From positions 186,001-250,000 of IMG/VR virus record IMGVR_UViG_3300017963_000188: a stretch of 64,000 nt of DNA. One strand, given 5' to 3'. Positions 1 through 9,612 of this stretch are shown one piece after another (within the stretch, counting starts at the first letter, position 1; the number at the start of each line of letters is the position of its first letter). A program made the position numbers and the translations under genes. Under the pieces are notes generated by a model. It was not told where the DNA came from. It saw nothing but the letters and a program-made list of their open reading frames with translations, and searched no databases.

Positions 1-73
1 TATGAATACGTACCCTGTGATGTCACAGTCTCAAAATGAAATTTTTGAGTTTGTAGTCGTTCACTGACACTCA

Positions 74-676
74 TTAATTGGCCTCTGCCGACATGAGGAC
101 ATATCCCTTATTATGATTCCATTGAGGTAATATGACCTCTTTCAAAATGTTAAAATTTTTACTTATCTCATCGAATATATAGAAGTAAGGATCTTTATGG
201 CTTGGTTTTTTCTTGAGCAAATTGAGATTCTTAAAAAATCTATGACGAACTAATCCTTGAGAGAGCCCTAATTGCTCAGCAACCCATGATTGACATGTTG
301 TTTGGTACATACCCACCAATATGTCTACATCTAAGTCACTCATAATCTTACTTAGATCTTGTTGCATTTGTTTTTCTGATATAGCTGGGAGGGAAAGGAG
401 GAATTGAATTCTCTTGACAGCTTTCTTCAATCGATAACTAACTGCTGCCTGGGTACACCCAAAGATTTCAGCAATGTCTGATTGCTTTTTATTCACGTCA
501 AAATATAGAAAAACAAAATCAGCCTCTAGATCAGGCAATTTATCCATCAGAGGTTTCACAGTATCCATAGATAAATTATGAAAAAAAGATGCAGTCCTGG
601 TCTGTAATGCATCCTCAGTAGAAAAGCGGCTTTCTATTTCCGCTGGATCTAAAGATATTACCTGTGAAGATCTCAT
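74..676 (-). CDS. Double helix-turn-helix (sigma70 region-4-like) transcription regulator, paralogue 1
   Basis: Two HTH motifs: KKQSDIAEIFGCTQAAVSYRLKK and TCQSWVAEQLGLSQGLVRHRFFK. GGAGG SD upstream. Closely similar to 758..1513. Confidence 0.65.
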   Translation of the reverse strand: MRSSQVISLDPAEIESRFSTEDALQTRTASFFHNLSMDTVKPLMDKLPDLEADFVFLYFDVNKKQSDIAEIFGCTQAAVSYRLKKAVKRIQFLLSLPAISEKQMQQDLSKIMSDLDVDILVGMYQTTCQSWVAEQLGLSQGLVRHRFFKNLNLLKKKPSHKDPYFYIFDEISKNFNILKEVILPQWNHNKGYVLMSAEAN

Positions 677-757
677 CCTCTGCCTCCTCGTATAGCTCTT
701 TCAAAAAAAGTTCTATACTTATATAAGTAGAAAACAAATAAAAAATCAAGCTATATT

Positions 758-1513
758 TCAGGAGACGTGGAAACTTGAGAAAGACATATAGAATAATATA
801 GATATTGATCGAAGTTTCATCATGAGAGATACTGAATCATGCTCTTCTACCGACAAAATACTGACCGGCAAGCCAACATAACTAGCATCGTTCCCATCCT
901 CCAATATCACCATCTGGTCTTCCACCTCCTTGATATTAAATATTTTACCAGAAGGTACGTTTACCAGCAAGTGGTTCTTACGAGTCCATTGAGGTAGGGA
1001 AACTTCTTTCAATATATTGAAGTTTTTACTTAGAGAATTGAAGATGTAAAGATATGGGTCCCTCAGATTCTTTTCAGTATCCAAGGTACGAAGACCTTTA
1101 AAGAACCTATGCCGTACCAAACCTTGGGATATATATAGACTATCAGCTACAGAGGTCTGGCATGTGGTTTGGTAAAGCCGTACAAATATCTCTACATCCA
1201 AAGGGTCCAAAACAGAAGCTAGGACCTCTCTCATTTGTGGCTCTGGTACATCAGGTATACTCAAAAGAAACTCAATACGTTTCAAAGACTTTTTGATGCG
1301 GTAACTAATCGCTGCTTGAGTACATCCAAATATATGTGCTATGTCTTTTTGTTTTTTGTTTTTAACGAAGTACAAATAAAGAATATCAGCTTCAAAATCT
1401 GGTAATCTAGTAAGACATTTATTTAGGAAATCATCTGACAATTTATCACAATCCAAATTCAATTGGCTTATTATTATGTTCTGTAGATCTGATTCATCTA
1501 TCATCACATTCAC
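758..1513 (-). CDS. Double helix-turn-helix (sigma70 region-4-like) transcription regulator, paralogue 2
   Basis: KKQKDIAHIFGCTQAAISYRIKK and TCQTSVADSLYISQGLVRHRFFK. Tandem duplicate of 74..676 with a C-terminal extension. Confidence 0.65.
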   Translation of the reverse strand: MNVMIDESDLQNIIISQLNLDCDKLSDDFLNKCLTRLPDFEADILYLYFVKNKKQKDIAHIFGCTQAAISYRIKKSLKRIEFLLSIPDVPEPQMREVLASVLDPLDVEIFVRLYQTTCQTSVADSLYISQGLVRHRFFKGLRTLDTEKNLRDPYLYIFNSLSKNFNILKEVSLPQWTRKNHLLVNVPSGKIFNIKEVEDQMVILEDGNDASYVGLPVSILSVEEHDSVSLMMKLRSISILFYMSFSSFHVS

Positions 1514-2010
1514 CTTTTTGATAAATTAAAGGTCGGGATGTCAATCAGTATCTTCAGAGACTTCAATTCAATTAACACTGAAGCTATAGATTTATCTATG
1601 TCAATAATAGTCCCAGGAAGGTCTTTATACAAACCACTTCGTATTGTCACCCTATCCTTTTTCTTGAAATTTGAAGTTAAAACAGACCTAAATTGTGTCT
1701 TCAGATCCTTCACGTAAGAGTCGTCCACTGGAGACACTCTTCTTTGGGTATTACCCTTTATCTGCTGGTCTTCAGTCAGCAACCGCTTGATGTACTTTGT
1801 GCCTTCTAATTGAAACAACTTATGAGGTGGGGTGTTGCTAATATCTATAAATATGTAGCCCTTAACTAATGATAAGTCTAGACCTTTTTCATTTTTTAGA
1901 AATGGAATGAAGATATCTACTTCACCAAGGGAAGATTGGATTTCTTTTTTCAGGCGGTCTGTATCCTCCTTTTCACCCCAACTTGTTAATTCAAATACAG
2001 CCCATGCCAT
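1510..2010 (-). CDS. nusG: NusG/RfaH-family transcription elongation or antitermination factor
   Basis: NGN-like N-terminus (MAWAVF...IFIP...KGYIFID) and KOW motif (FKKKDRVTIRSGLYKDLPGTIIDID). Start moved to ATG 2010, just after the dnaX stop. Confidence 0.8.
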   Translation of the reverse strand: MAWAVFELTSWGEKEDTDRLKKEIQSSLGEVDIFIPFLKNEKGLDLSLVKGYIFIDISNTPPHKLFQLEGTKYIKRLLTEDQQIKGNTQRRVSPVDDSYVKDLKTQFRSVLTSNFKKKDRVTIRSGLYKDLPGTIIDIDKSIASVLIELKSLKILIDIPTFNLSKR

Positions 2011-2014
2011 GTTT

Positions 2015-3328
2015 TTATCTTCCCCATGTACTAGCAAATCTCTTCTTGAAGGCTGAAGCACTCATATTTACGGCTGTAGTGCTAACTTCAATCTTCTTTG
2101 GAGTGTTCTTACGTGTCGGTTTATAACCATCGTTTCGTTTTTCAGGATTTATCCCAGCATGATCCACAGGGGTAAGATATTCAGGGTCATTATCCCCCAC
2201 GTCTTTTGGTAGAGGTTTGGATTTGGCTGTTGATGTAGCTTTAGAGGCTGGACGTATGTCAGTAGACATACTCTGAGCTTCTGTAGTGTAACCACGATGT
2301 AGCTTCTCTATAGTCAACAGAACCTCACATATTAACATGGAACGATCTAGAAACCTTAAAGATCTATTAAATGAAACCATGAATCTCTGAACCAATTCTA
2401 TATCAAACTGTCCCAAGATTGCAACTCCTTGGTTTAGATCAAAATAGTTGGGTACGATCAATCTTTGATGGAGATATTGTAGATGAACAAGATTCTCAAG
2501 GATGTTAGAGTATATGTCTTGAGGAGATAATTTGAACAACATCTCCTGGATCAAGGTGAGTGTTTTAGCCTTATCATCAGACAGTATAGATTCAATGAGA
2601 CCCAATATCTCAGTGGACCACCCAATACCTAGATAGTCCTTTACGTTCTGAGTCGAAATACCACCTATCTTACTCACTTGCTCCAAAGAACTGATAGCGT
2701 CCCTAACATGACCTTTACTATGGCTCACAATCCATTCTAAGGCTTCATGCTCGTACTCAAATTCTTCCTGCTTACAAATCAACTCCAATCGATCCGTAAT
2801 GACCTGTGAAGGTATCCTCTCTAACTGTAACAGCTCACATCTGGACCTTATAGCAGGACGCATTTTTCTGAGTTCTGTAGTACAGAAGATACCAATTAGT
2901 TTCCTATCCTCAAGAGGCTTTAGTAGAACATCTTGACTATCTTTACTCATACGGTGAGATTCATCAAACAGAATGATTTTCTTCCCACCAAAAAGATTGT
3001 AGGATAGATTATCGACCGTAGCACGAACCCAATCAATGGTACCATGACCAGCAGCATCTCTTTCTTCGAAATTGAGGTGGTCTTCATTCATGAAGTTTTT
3101 ACATGAATCACAGGTATTGCAAGGTTCATTTCCCTGACGGTTCTGACAAAGCATAGCTCTAGCAAAGATTCGAGCTAATGTTGTCTTACCACTCCCATGT
3201 GGTCCAGAAAAGACATATGATGTTTCCTGGTCTGTACCACCTTCCAACCTGGACTGTAGCACATTACGGATCTTTTCCTGGCCCAGCACATCACTGAACT
3301 GCAACGGACGATATTTTAGGTCAAGCAT
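2015..3328 (-). CDS. dnaX: DNA polymerase III gamma/tau clamp-loader ATPase
   Basis: KYRP..FSDVLGQ, Walker A GPHGSGKTT, Zn cluster C..PCNTCDSC, Walker B DESHRM, SRC motif, sensor-2 GHVRDA. Confidence 0.92.
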   Translation of the reverse strand: MLDLKYRPLQFSDVLGQEKIRNVLQSRLEGGTDQETSYVFSGPHGSGKTTLARIFARAMLCQNRQGNEPCNTCDSCKNFMNEDHLNFEERDAAGHGTIDWVRATVDNLSYNLFGGKKIILFDESHRMSKDSQDVLLKPLEDRKLIGIFCTTELRKMRPAIRSRCELLQLERIPSQVITDRLELICKQEEFEYEHEALEWIVSHSKGHVRDAISSLEQVSKIGGISTQNVKDYLGIGWSTEILGLIESILSDDKAKTLTLIQEMLFKLSPQDIYSNILENLVHLQYLHQRLIVPNYFDLNQGVAILGQFDIELVQRFMVSFNRSLRFLDRSMLICEVLLTIEKLHRGYTTEAQSMSTDIRPASKATSTAKSKPLPKDVGDNDPEYLTPVDHAGINPEKRNDGYKPTRKNTPKKIEVSTTAVNMSASAFKKRFASTWGR

Positions 3329-3846
3329 TATGCACTAGCCTCTACTAACTGAGGGGATGTGTTATTCCCTTTCTCTTTCTTGATATCAACACTTTGGTCT
3401 CCATCAACCTCATCAAGATCAAGAACTTTGACATTACGACCAAACTTCTTCAAGTCTTCATGCCAGAATCCATAGGTGCTGATCACCTCTGAGAATTCTT
3501 GGATGTCAGGATCTCTCATTTTGTAGATATACTCATTGGTTTCTTCATCAACATCTACAAAACAATAGCAAAGATAGTGATACAATGCTGCTTCTCTTTG
3601 ACGTGGATTCAGCTCTTGCCAACCATCAGCACCTAACTCAATGATGTAATGACAACCATCCAAAAAGAAATTCTGCATAGGAGAAGCTTTCTTTGTCTTA
3701 CCAAGAACCAACTTCCCTGCCTTCTTAGAGCATTTCTCTTTCATGACGTAGACAATCTTGGCATCAACTAACTCAGGGGCTCTCTTGGCAATGATCCCCT
3801 CTGCCATTTCCTTCACTTCCTCTGAGTACCAATACTCTGTAGCCAT
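3328..3846 (-). CDS. Phage putative metallopeptidase-like protein with degenerate active site
   Basis: Family-like layout (LGKTKK...YIIEL..D.WQEL...QREAALYH...DIQEF.EVI..YG), but the HExxH position reads HYLCY. Confidence 0.6.
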   Translation of the reverse strand: MATEYWYSEEVKEMAEGIIAKRAPELVDAKIVYVMKEKCSKKAGKLVLGKTKKASPMQNFFLDGCHYIIELGADGWQELNPRQREAALYHYLCYCFVDVDEETNEYIYKMRDPDIQEFSEVISTYGFWHEDLKKFGRNVKVLDLDEVDGDQSVDIKKEKGNNTSPQLVEASA

Positions 3847-3885
3847 AACTTATCTCCTTTGGTAAAAGGGTTTCCAGTCCCTCCA

Positions 3886-4572
3886 TTAAATATCATGGTA
3901 TGCTACCTGGTCAAGGATATAATTCTTCAGTTTTGTATCACCCCACTCATACCATGCCTCACCAATATCCTTGAACTTCGAGCTTAAAACTATACATTTG
4001 AAAGGTGATGACTTTGTACTAAAGTAGTTCCATGCTTTTTTCCTTATACTATCTGAAGATTTTTGTCCAGTTTTATCAGAATCAAAATATAGAAATACTT
4101 TATCAACAAACCTCTCTAAAAATCTATATTGTTGTGATGATAGATTTGCTGTGCTGACACACAAAGTATTAGCATAAATCCTTTGAAGAGGGAAAAAGTC
4201 AAAAGCTCCTTCAACTAAGAAGACACTTTTGGTTCTCCAAATCTCCTCAAGGCATCCTCTGGTTGTCCCAAAAAACCAAGGTCCTGGTGACTTAGCAACC
4301 CATTTGTAGTATTCTTTCTCTGCTACAGCTCTGGTGATAAATCCTGTTGGTGATTGGTCGAGACGTGTTAAAGGAAATAGCACATATCCAGTATTGACTC
4401 GTGGACCATCATAAAACACATTCCCATCTTTGGATATCTTCACAACCCTGGAACTCCAACCGACACGGAACTGTCTTATCTGCTCTTCAGACACTCCACG
4501 AGAAAGTAGAAAATCCACAGCCTCTGGATGCCTTTGCAGATTGGCTTGCCATATCTTTATAAATTTCTCCAT
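3886..4572 (-). CDS. DnaG-type primase catalytic/TOPRIM core without zinc-binding domain
   Basis: AVDFLLSRG...QFRVGW, FPL...GFITR, VEGAFD, YFDSDKTG, KDIGE motifs. Confidence 0.8.
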   Translation of the reverse strand: MEKFIKIWQANLQRHPEAVDFLLSRGVSEEQIRQFRVGWSSRVVKISKDGNVFYDGPRVNTGYVLFPLTRLDQSPTGFITRAVAEKEYYKWVAKSPGPWFFGTTRGCLEEIWRTKSVFLVEGAFDFFPLQRIYANTLCVSTANLSSQQYRFLERFVDKVFLYFDSDKTGQKSSDSIRKKAWNYFSTKSSPFKCIVLSSKFKDIGEAWYEWGDTKLKNYILDQVAYHDI

Positions 4573-5090
4573 TTCACAAGCCTTATCTGTTCCAATGGGT
4601 TTCGAAGCATATATGTAGCATATGCTTTATCCAGGTCCTTTCGAGAAATAATAGTGAAAAAACCTAACTCTACCGTTCCAGGCACGATCATTATACAATC
4701 ATTCAATTTATAATTGATTATCCCCACTCCTTCTAGAGCTAATTCTTCAAAGATTTGGTTTTTTCTGCTAAAGAACTGACCTATTATCCATCGAGGTTGT
4801 ATACCTATTTCAACATAATATTCCAATACATCTTCTAGATCATTATGGATTTCTAGAGTATCTATAAGGGAATCACTCACACGACTGAAAATATCTTCAT
4901 TAGGTTCTACTGGAAAAATACCGGTACGAAACTTATAAGGAGGTTCATTTGAAATTTTAGGTACACCAGTGCTTTTTGAGACAGCTATTGAAGATAAATC
5001 GAACCCTTCCCATTCCATCATTAATGGGACATGATCAGCAGCTCCCAATTCATAGTAGCTATCAACAAGGATTTTACTTAGAATTTTCAT
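4557..5090 (-). CDS. Hypothetical protein
   Basis: ORF in the operon. Probable start at MKILSKIL (5090), overlapping the upstream gene. Confidence 0.5.
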   Translation of the reverse strand: MKILSKILVDSYYELGAADHVPLMMEWEGFDLSSIAVSKSTGVPKISNEPPYKFRTGIFPVEPNEDIFSRVSDSLIDTLEIHNDLEDVLEYYVEIGIQPRWIIGQFFSRKNQIFEELALEGVGIINYKLNDCIMIVPGTVELGFFTIISRKDLDKAYATYMLRNPLEQIRLVKWRNL

Positions 5091-5703
5091 TCTTAGATCT
5101 CTTCTTAAACGAGAAAAATGCCTTGACTCGACCCCAAAACGGCAGTTTTCCTTTTTCATTAAGAATAGACCTTAAAAGAGATAGGTCATGATGATGTTTT
5201 TCAACATGTTTCCAAAACTGGTCTTCTATCTCTCCTTTAGAATACTTATTGAGAAAGGCAGGGCAATGGTCAGCATCACTGCTAATATCACAGATAGTGA
5301 TTTCATTCTTCTCAAATGATAACTTACAAAGCCCTGTGTATTTGATGAACCCATGTAAATCATACTTCTCTGCATGAGACAGGACTAGGTAAAATATATT
5401 GGAATCACTTTCTTCAAAATCAATGAGATGCTTTTTCCGTATCCAAATCCTACTATCATTGATCAGGAATTGAACCCTATCTTTATCTTCGTCTACCACA
5501 CATTGGTATTCAATTCTGACTCGATTGATTCTATTGTAGTTTGGATTAGGCTCACCATCAATGATGGGTTCAATATCAAGTGGATGCTGTAGATTGAACC
5601 TACAATTCCAAGGTTCTTGAGTAGATTTCTCCTTGATATAAGCATAGAAGTACCTTTTTAAAAGATTCTGATACATCTCATATATTTCTTCTTTTGTTTT
5701 CAC
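5074..5703 (-). CDS. Hypothetical protein, possibly Cys/His metal-binding
   Basis: 209-aa ORF tightly packed in the operon, with CRFNLQH and C...C...HCP motifs. Confidence 0.55.
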   Translation of the reverse strand: MKTKEEIYEMYQNLLKRYFYAYIKEKSTQEPWNCRFNLQHPLDIEPIIDGEPNPNYNRINRVRIEYQCVVDEDKDRVQFLINDSRIWIRKKHLIDFEESDSNIFYLVLSHAEKYDLHGFIKYTGLCKLSFEKNEITICDISSDADHCPAFLNKYSKGEIEDQFWKHVEKHHHDLSLLRSILNEKGKLPFWGRVKAFFSFKKRSKNENSK

Positions 5704-5704
5704 A

Positions 5705-6325
5705 TCATGGTCCTTTTATCTCTTTCAAAACTAGTTTTGAGCCATCCAAATCTCCAGCATAAGCTGTGTCTGCAAAGCTCAGGAACTTTGGTTGATGAGT
5801 TACAAGCAATACATCAAATTGAGTCTTTTTACATAATGACTTCAGGAAAGATCCTGCATTATCAATGTATTCTTCCGAAACATTCCCTAAAGATTCATCG
5901 AGAGCTAGGAAGGGATATAGCTTCAGCTTCATTGAAGCTATGAACCGGAAAAGAAGAGACACTATATTGGCTACACCACCCCCAAAAGAATCAAGGACAT
6001 CTCCTTCGATCCCCTTCATCCCATCAGTAAGTAAAAAATCGATGTTGACCTTCCCACGTTTGATGCTTGAATCAATTTTTAAGGAAAGGTCTTGGTCCTC
6101 GAAAATGGCCTGTAAGCCCTCTGTGATGATAGCCCTGATACTTTCCTTGTCTTCGTGGATTAAAGCTTGCAGAATGGTTTTTATGGCCTCTGAAGCCTGT
6201 TCTAGGACAGACATCTGGTGCTCTATCTTCTTAATCTCATCTTCCAATGAAGATTCGTCTCGAAGATACTTGGATCGCACCCCTTCTAGTCGGGATATTT
6301 TGTCTCCAAGATCACCTAACATCAT
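5705..6325 (-). CDS. SbcC/Rad50-like ABC ATPase, C-terminal half
   Basis: Short coiled coil, then signature SFGGG, Walker B/D-loop LALDESLGNV and H-switch LLVTH. No Walker A. Confidence 0.85.
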   Translation of the reverse strand: MMLGDLGDKISRLEGVRSKYLRDESSLEDEIKKIEHQMSVLEQASEAIKTILQALIHEDKESIRAIITEGLQAIFEDQDLSLKIDSSIKRGKVNIDFLLTDGMKGIEGDVLDSFGGGVANIVSLLFRFIASMKLKLYPFLALDESLGNVSEEYIDNAGSFLKSLCKKTQFDVLLVTHQPKFLSFADTAYAGDLDGSKLVLKEIKGP

Positions 6326-7485
6326 TCATTCCAATAGGACAGTATATTCATGACTCGACAGGAAACCTTTTCCTCTTCTTCTCCCTCTTCTGGTTCCCCA
6401 AGGGAGATGTCCAAAGATCCAATGATCTTAAACTTCTTATCCTCAGGGTTGATGCCCATTAGGATTGTATCTTTAGGGAAAGCTCTCAACACACTGATGA
6501 GGTTTGAAAACTGAACCTTGACTGTCAATGCTTCTTCAGGCATGTCTTGGGGAGAAACAGACAAACGAGACTGGAAATTTGGAGGTCGAACCATCTCCAA
6601 AAATCCTTCAGGATGGATGGTGATATCCATCTCGTCAAACAGTTGTGAACCTTTTGTCTTCAGTAGCTGTAGGATATTTGAAAACTTCTTGTTCTCGATG
6701 TTGAATGTGATGGGAGGTTCATCTTCAAGTGAAAGCTCTTCTTCCAATTCCTTTTGAGCCTTCACATTGAAAGCATAGACAAGCACAGATCCGTTTTCAC
6801 TCTCCAGGGCATAACCATTGCCAAATTGAAGAGCCTTGATCTTCTGACCCTTGTATTGGGTCAGGAAAGAAAGGATAGGAGCCATATCATCCATACCAAA
6901 ACTAAGAGCTGGAAATCCCTGAGATGATTCAAAGACCCCAATCTTGATCTCATCCATATAAATGAGCTTATCTCCTGAAACAAGAACTCTAGGAGAGAAA
7001 ATTTCCTTGTTAGAAAAACTCTTGATGTACTTAACCCCTTCAACAAGGACATCAGCATGAATCTCTCCGAGGTCTTGAGTGTCCTTCAAGAGTTTTTCAA
7101 TTGCTGGGACTTTGACTGTCAAGAATGGGTATTTCTGGTCTGTGAAATTCTCTTTCCCAGAATCAAGCCACATACCTCTGATTCGAAGGTTCTTTTCAAG
7201 GTACTGAATCTTGAGTTCCTCAGAAGGAAGAGTGCTGACAAAGTTCTCAACACCTGTCCCAAGTATAATGACAGCATTCTCTTCTGGTATTTCACCATCT
7301 GTGGATTTTATGCTGAAATATGCTCTGGTAGCAAAACGTCCTGAACAAGAGTACAGAACACCTTTAGTAGGGTTGAGCACTTCTAACCTAATAGACTGTG
7401 ATGCTGTATTGTAGCTGGAAAATTCCAGTGTCGAAAGAGCACGTAGAAATTCTTGCCTGTCTACTGTAAGTTCCATTGAAGCCAT
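6322..7485 (-). CDS. dnaN: Divergent DNA polymerase III beta sliding clamp-like protein
   Basis: 387 aa, N-terminus MELTVDRQEFLRAL, clamp-like three-domain spacing, context of dnaX/holA/holB. Confidence 0.6.
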   Translation of the reverse strand: MASMELTVDRQEFLRALSTLEFSSYNTASQSIRLEVLNPTKGVLYSCSGRFATRAYFSIKSTDGEIPEENAVIILGTGVENFVSTLPSEELKIQYLEKNLRIRGMWLDSGKENFTDQKYPFLTVKVPAIEKLLKDTQDLGEIHADVLVEGVKYIKSFSNKEIFSPRVLVSGDKLIYMDEIKIGVFESSQGFPALSFGMDDMAPILSFLTQYKGQKIKALQFGNGYALESENGSVLVYAFNVKAQKELEEELSLEDEPPITFNIENKKFSNILQLLKTKGSQLFDEMDITIHPEGFLEMVRPPNFQSRLSVSPQDMPEEALTVKVQFSNLISVLRAFPKDTILMGINPEDKKFKIIGSLDISLGEPEEGEEEEKVSCRVMNILSYWNE

Positions 7486-7497
7486 TTGTATCTCCTT

Positions 7498-7791
7498 TTA
7501 TAGACCTAGATCATCAAACTGATCATCGAATTGAGATAAGCTCTCTTCAAGAGCTTTCATTTTCTCTTCAAAAGCATTGACCTGATCTTCTAGCTCTTGT
7601 TTCTTTTCATCCAGAGTAGAGCTTAGCTTTTTAGGGTCAAGACCTTTAGCTTTTATCTCTTCAACAATTTCTTTTAACTGTTGTTTCTCTGCATCTAAAC
7701 GACCCTTAATCTTGTCCCGTTTTGAGACAAGTTCGGCTCGTTTCTCTTTCAATTTTGACCATCTTCGGGCCAACGCTTCTACATCGGACAT
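7498..7791 (-). CDS. Small coiled-coil protein
   Basis: 97 aa, heptad-rich and K/E-rich, with GGAGG SD. Lies between the two Rad50 halves. Confidence 0.75.
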   Translation of the reverse strand: MSDVEALARRWSKLKEKRAELVSKRDKIKGRLDAEKQQLKEIVEEIKAKGLDPKKLSSTLDEKKQELEDQVNAFEEKMKALEESLSQFDDQFDDLGL

Positions 7792-7826
7792 GATTTCCTC
7801 CAGGTCATATTACCAAGAGTGTATTT

Positions 7827-8666
7827 TTATTCGTCATCATCAAGACCTAACTCCACAAATCCTGAAGTACCTTCTGGAAGGATAGATTTGTTCTTGTTGG
7901 TCTTATCTGCTTTAAATTTGCATTCCCCAACATAAGGGCAAAACTTACAAGCCTTACTACTTGGGGTTGCCTTGAATTGACGCTTCTTTATCTTCTGCAT
8001 TACATCGATAATTTCTGCTTTCAATTCCTTCAGAGTATCGATAGTGAATTCTACTTCCAATAGAGGATCTTCTGGAAATCTATAGAACCAATACCATAAA
8101 GAGTTTGGCATTTTTCTATGCAAGAGGTAATAAGACAAAGCATACCAAAAGAGCTGTCTATGATCTAGATACCTGTCTTTATACTTGCTCCCTTTACCAT
8201 CAAATATCCTGATCTCACCATCACCTTTAAACACGAAATCAATTCGACCACCAATTTGATCAGCTTTGGTAATGTATGCATAGGTATTGACTTCAGATTT
8301 TGCATATGGAGCTAACAGTTTATAGTCTCTTACCGTATCGATACCATGATCTACAGCTACAATACATTCATCTATAATTAGCTGTTTCCCACCCTCATGT
8401 TCACCCCAAAAGATGTTCTTTTTAGCTACGATTTCGGCAAATACTTTGGGGACTTTATCTTTCAGGATAGTTCTGGCTTCTTTCCCTTTCCTCCAAATCT
8501 GGTCATTGTAAAACATTTCAAACATCTTCTGAACTACTGTACCATAAACAGTATTATACTCATCTTGCATGGTAATAGGTTTGTCCCTATTTATATTCTG
8601 TCTCAGATGCTTCAAAGGGCATTCAACATAATTTTTGAATGCATAAAATGTAAGGGCTCTAGGCAT
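7827..8666 (-). CDS. PD-(D/E)XK nuclease, AddB/RecB/Cas4-like with probable Fe-S staple
   Basis: ECP near the N-terminus, GGRIDF...IFDGKG, QLFWYA, C-terminal CKFCPY..EC. Confidence 0.85.
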   Translation of the reverse strand: MPRALTFYAFKNYVECPLKHLRQNINRDKPITMQDEYNTVYGTVVQKMFEMFYNDQIWRKGKEARTILKDKVPKVFAEIVAKKNIFWGEHEGGKQLIIDECIVAVDHGIDTVRDYKLLAPYAKSEVNTYAYITKADQIGGRIDFVFKGDGEIRIFDGKGSKYKDRYLDHRQLFWYALSYYLLHRKMPNSLWYWFYRFPEDPLLEVEFTIDTLKELKAEIIDVMQKIKKRQFKATPSSKACKFCPYVGECKFKADKTNKNKSILPEGTSGFVELGLDDDE

Positions 8667-9612
8667 TTTCAGCAGCCTCCAAGTAATGGTATATAGTGTC
8701 TTTCACCTCTTGAGCCAGCCCTAAAGATGAAATACTCTGTGTCAGTTTATCTTTTGGGTCCTCTGTAGATACTTTGATGAGATTCTCAATGAAATCTTCA
8801 ATCTTACGAGTCTCTTGTTGGACCTTTTCTTTACGTTCAAAATCAAAAATTTCTTTTGCTTCTCTCACCAATAAATCAATAGGAGTAACTTGGACATTCA
8901 CATCACCATCATCCACAGTGATCTCTATGAAACCTACACGAGGGGTGCGAGTAATGTCATCATATGTCAAAGCCCCCCTAGAGATAGCCCCAAGATTTAT
9001 GAAATGCTTACCTTCAACTTCTTGGATACCCTGGTCTTTATGTATATGACCGAGAACCCAAATGTCAGGGTCTAGTTCAGCAAGTTTCTTATAACTATAG
9101 AACTTCTCTCCTGGATATAATGGGAGATCCGCAACTGAACCATGGAACACTGCGATGAGTATCTTCTCATCACCTTTCTTGCATCTACTGAGCAATTCTT
9201 CATCCACATCTACACGATAATCAATACCAATTATACGAACATCACCAATTGTGATATCTTGCAGCCTATTGAATGTCTTGGTCTTGAACAAAACCCCTAG
9301 TGGTTGCTTATCAATAGTATCAACATTGCTATACATCACATCATGATTGCCAATAATAGCATACACTGGAACCTTGTACTGATTATGTAAAAGAGCCACA
9401 TCACCAGTCAGTTCATGACTGTTCTTTGTAGGTGCTTTCACATGATAGAAATCACCAGCATCAAGAATAGCATCACATTCATGGTCTACTGCTAATTTGT
9501 AAATCTGATCTAACTTATTAAGTATTGCTTCTTTGTAGTCATCGATCCTAGAGACAGGAGGTCTGTCAGAAAGATGGCAATCAGATCTAGTGATGAACCG
9601 ATATTTCTTCAT
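8659..9612 (-). CDS. sbcD: SbcD/Mre11-like metallophosphoesterase nuclease
   Basis: SDCH, AGDFYH, GNHD, HG and LGHIH calcineurin-like motifs. Adjacent to the Rad50 N-half. Confidence 0.88.
   Translation of the reverse strand: MKKYRFITRSDCHLSDRPPVSRIDDYKEAILNKLDQIYKLAVDHECDAILDAGDFYHVKAPTKNSHELTGDVALLHNQYKVPVYAIIGNHDVMYSNVDTIDKQPLGVLFKTKTFNRLQDITIGDVRIIGIDYRVDVDEELLSRCKKGDEKILIAVFHGSVADLPLYPGEKFYSYKKLAELDPDIWVLGHIHKDQGIQEVEGKHFINLGAISRGALTYDDITRTPRVGFIEITVDDGDVNVQVTPIDLLVREAKEIFDFERKEKVQQETRKIEDFIENLIKVSTEDPKDKLTQSISSLGLAQEVKDTIYHYLEAAENA

Noticed and set aside
7827-8666. Cas4 as evidence for a CRISPR-Cas locus
   Set aside because: There is no other cas gene or array, and the context is recombination genes.
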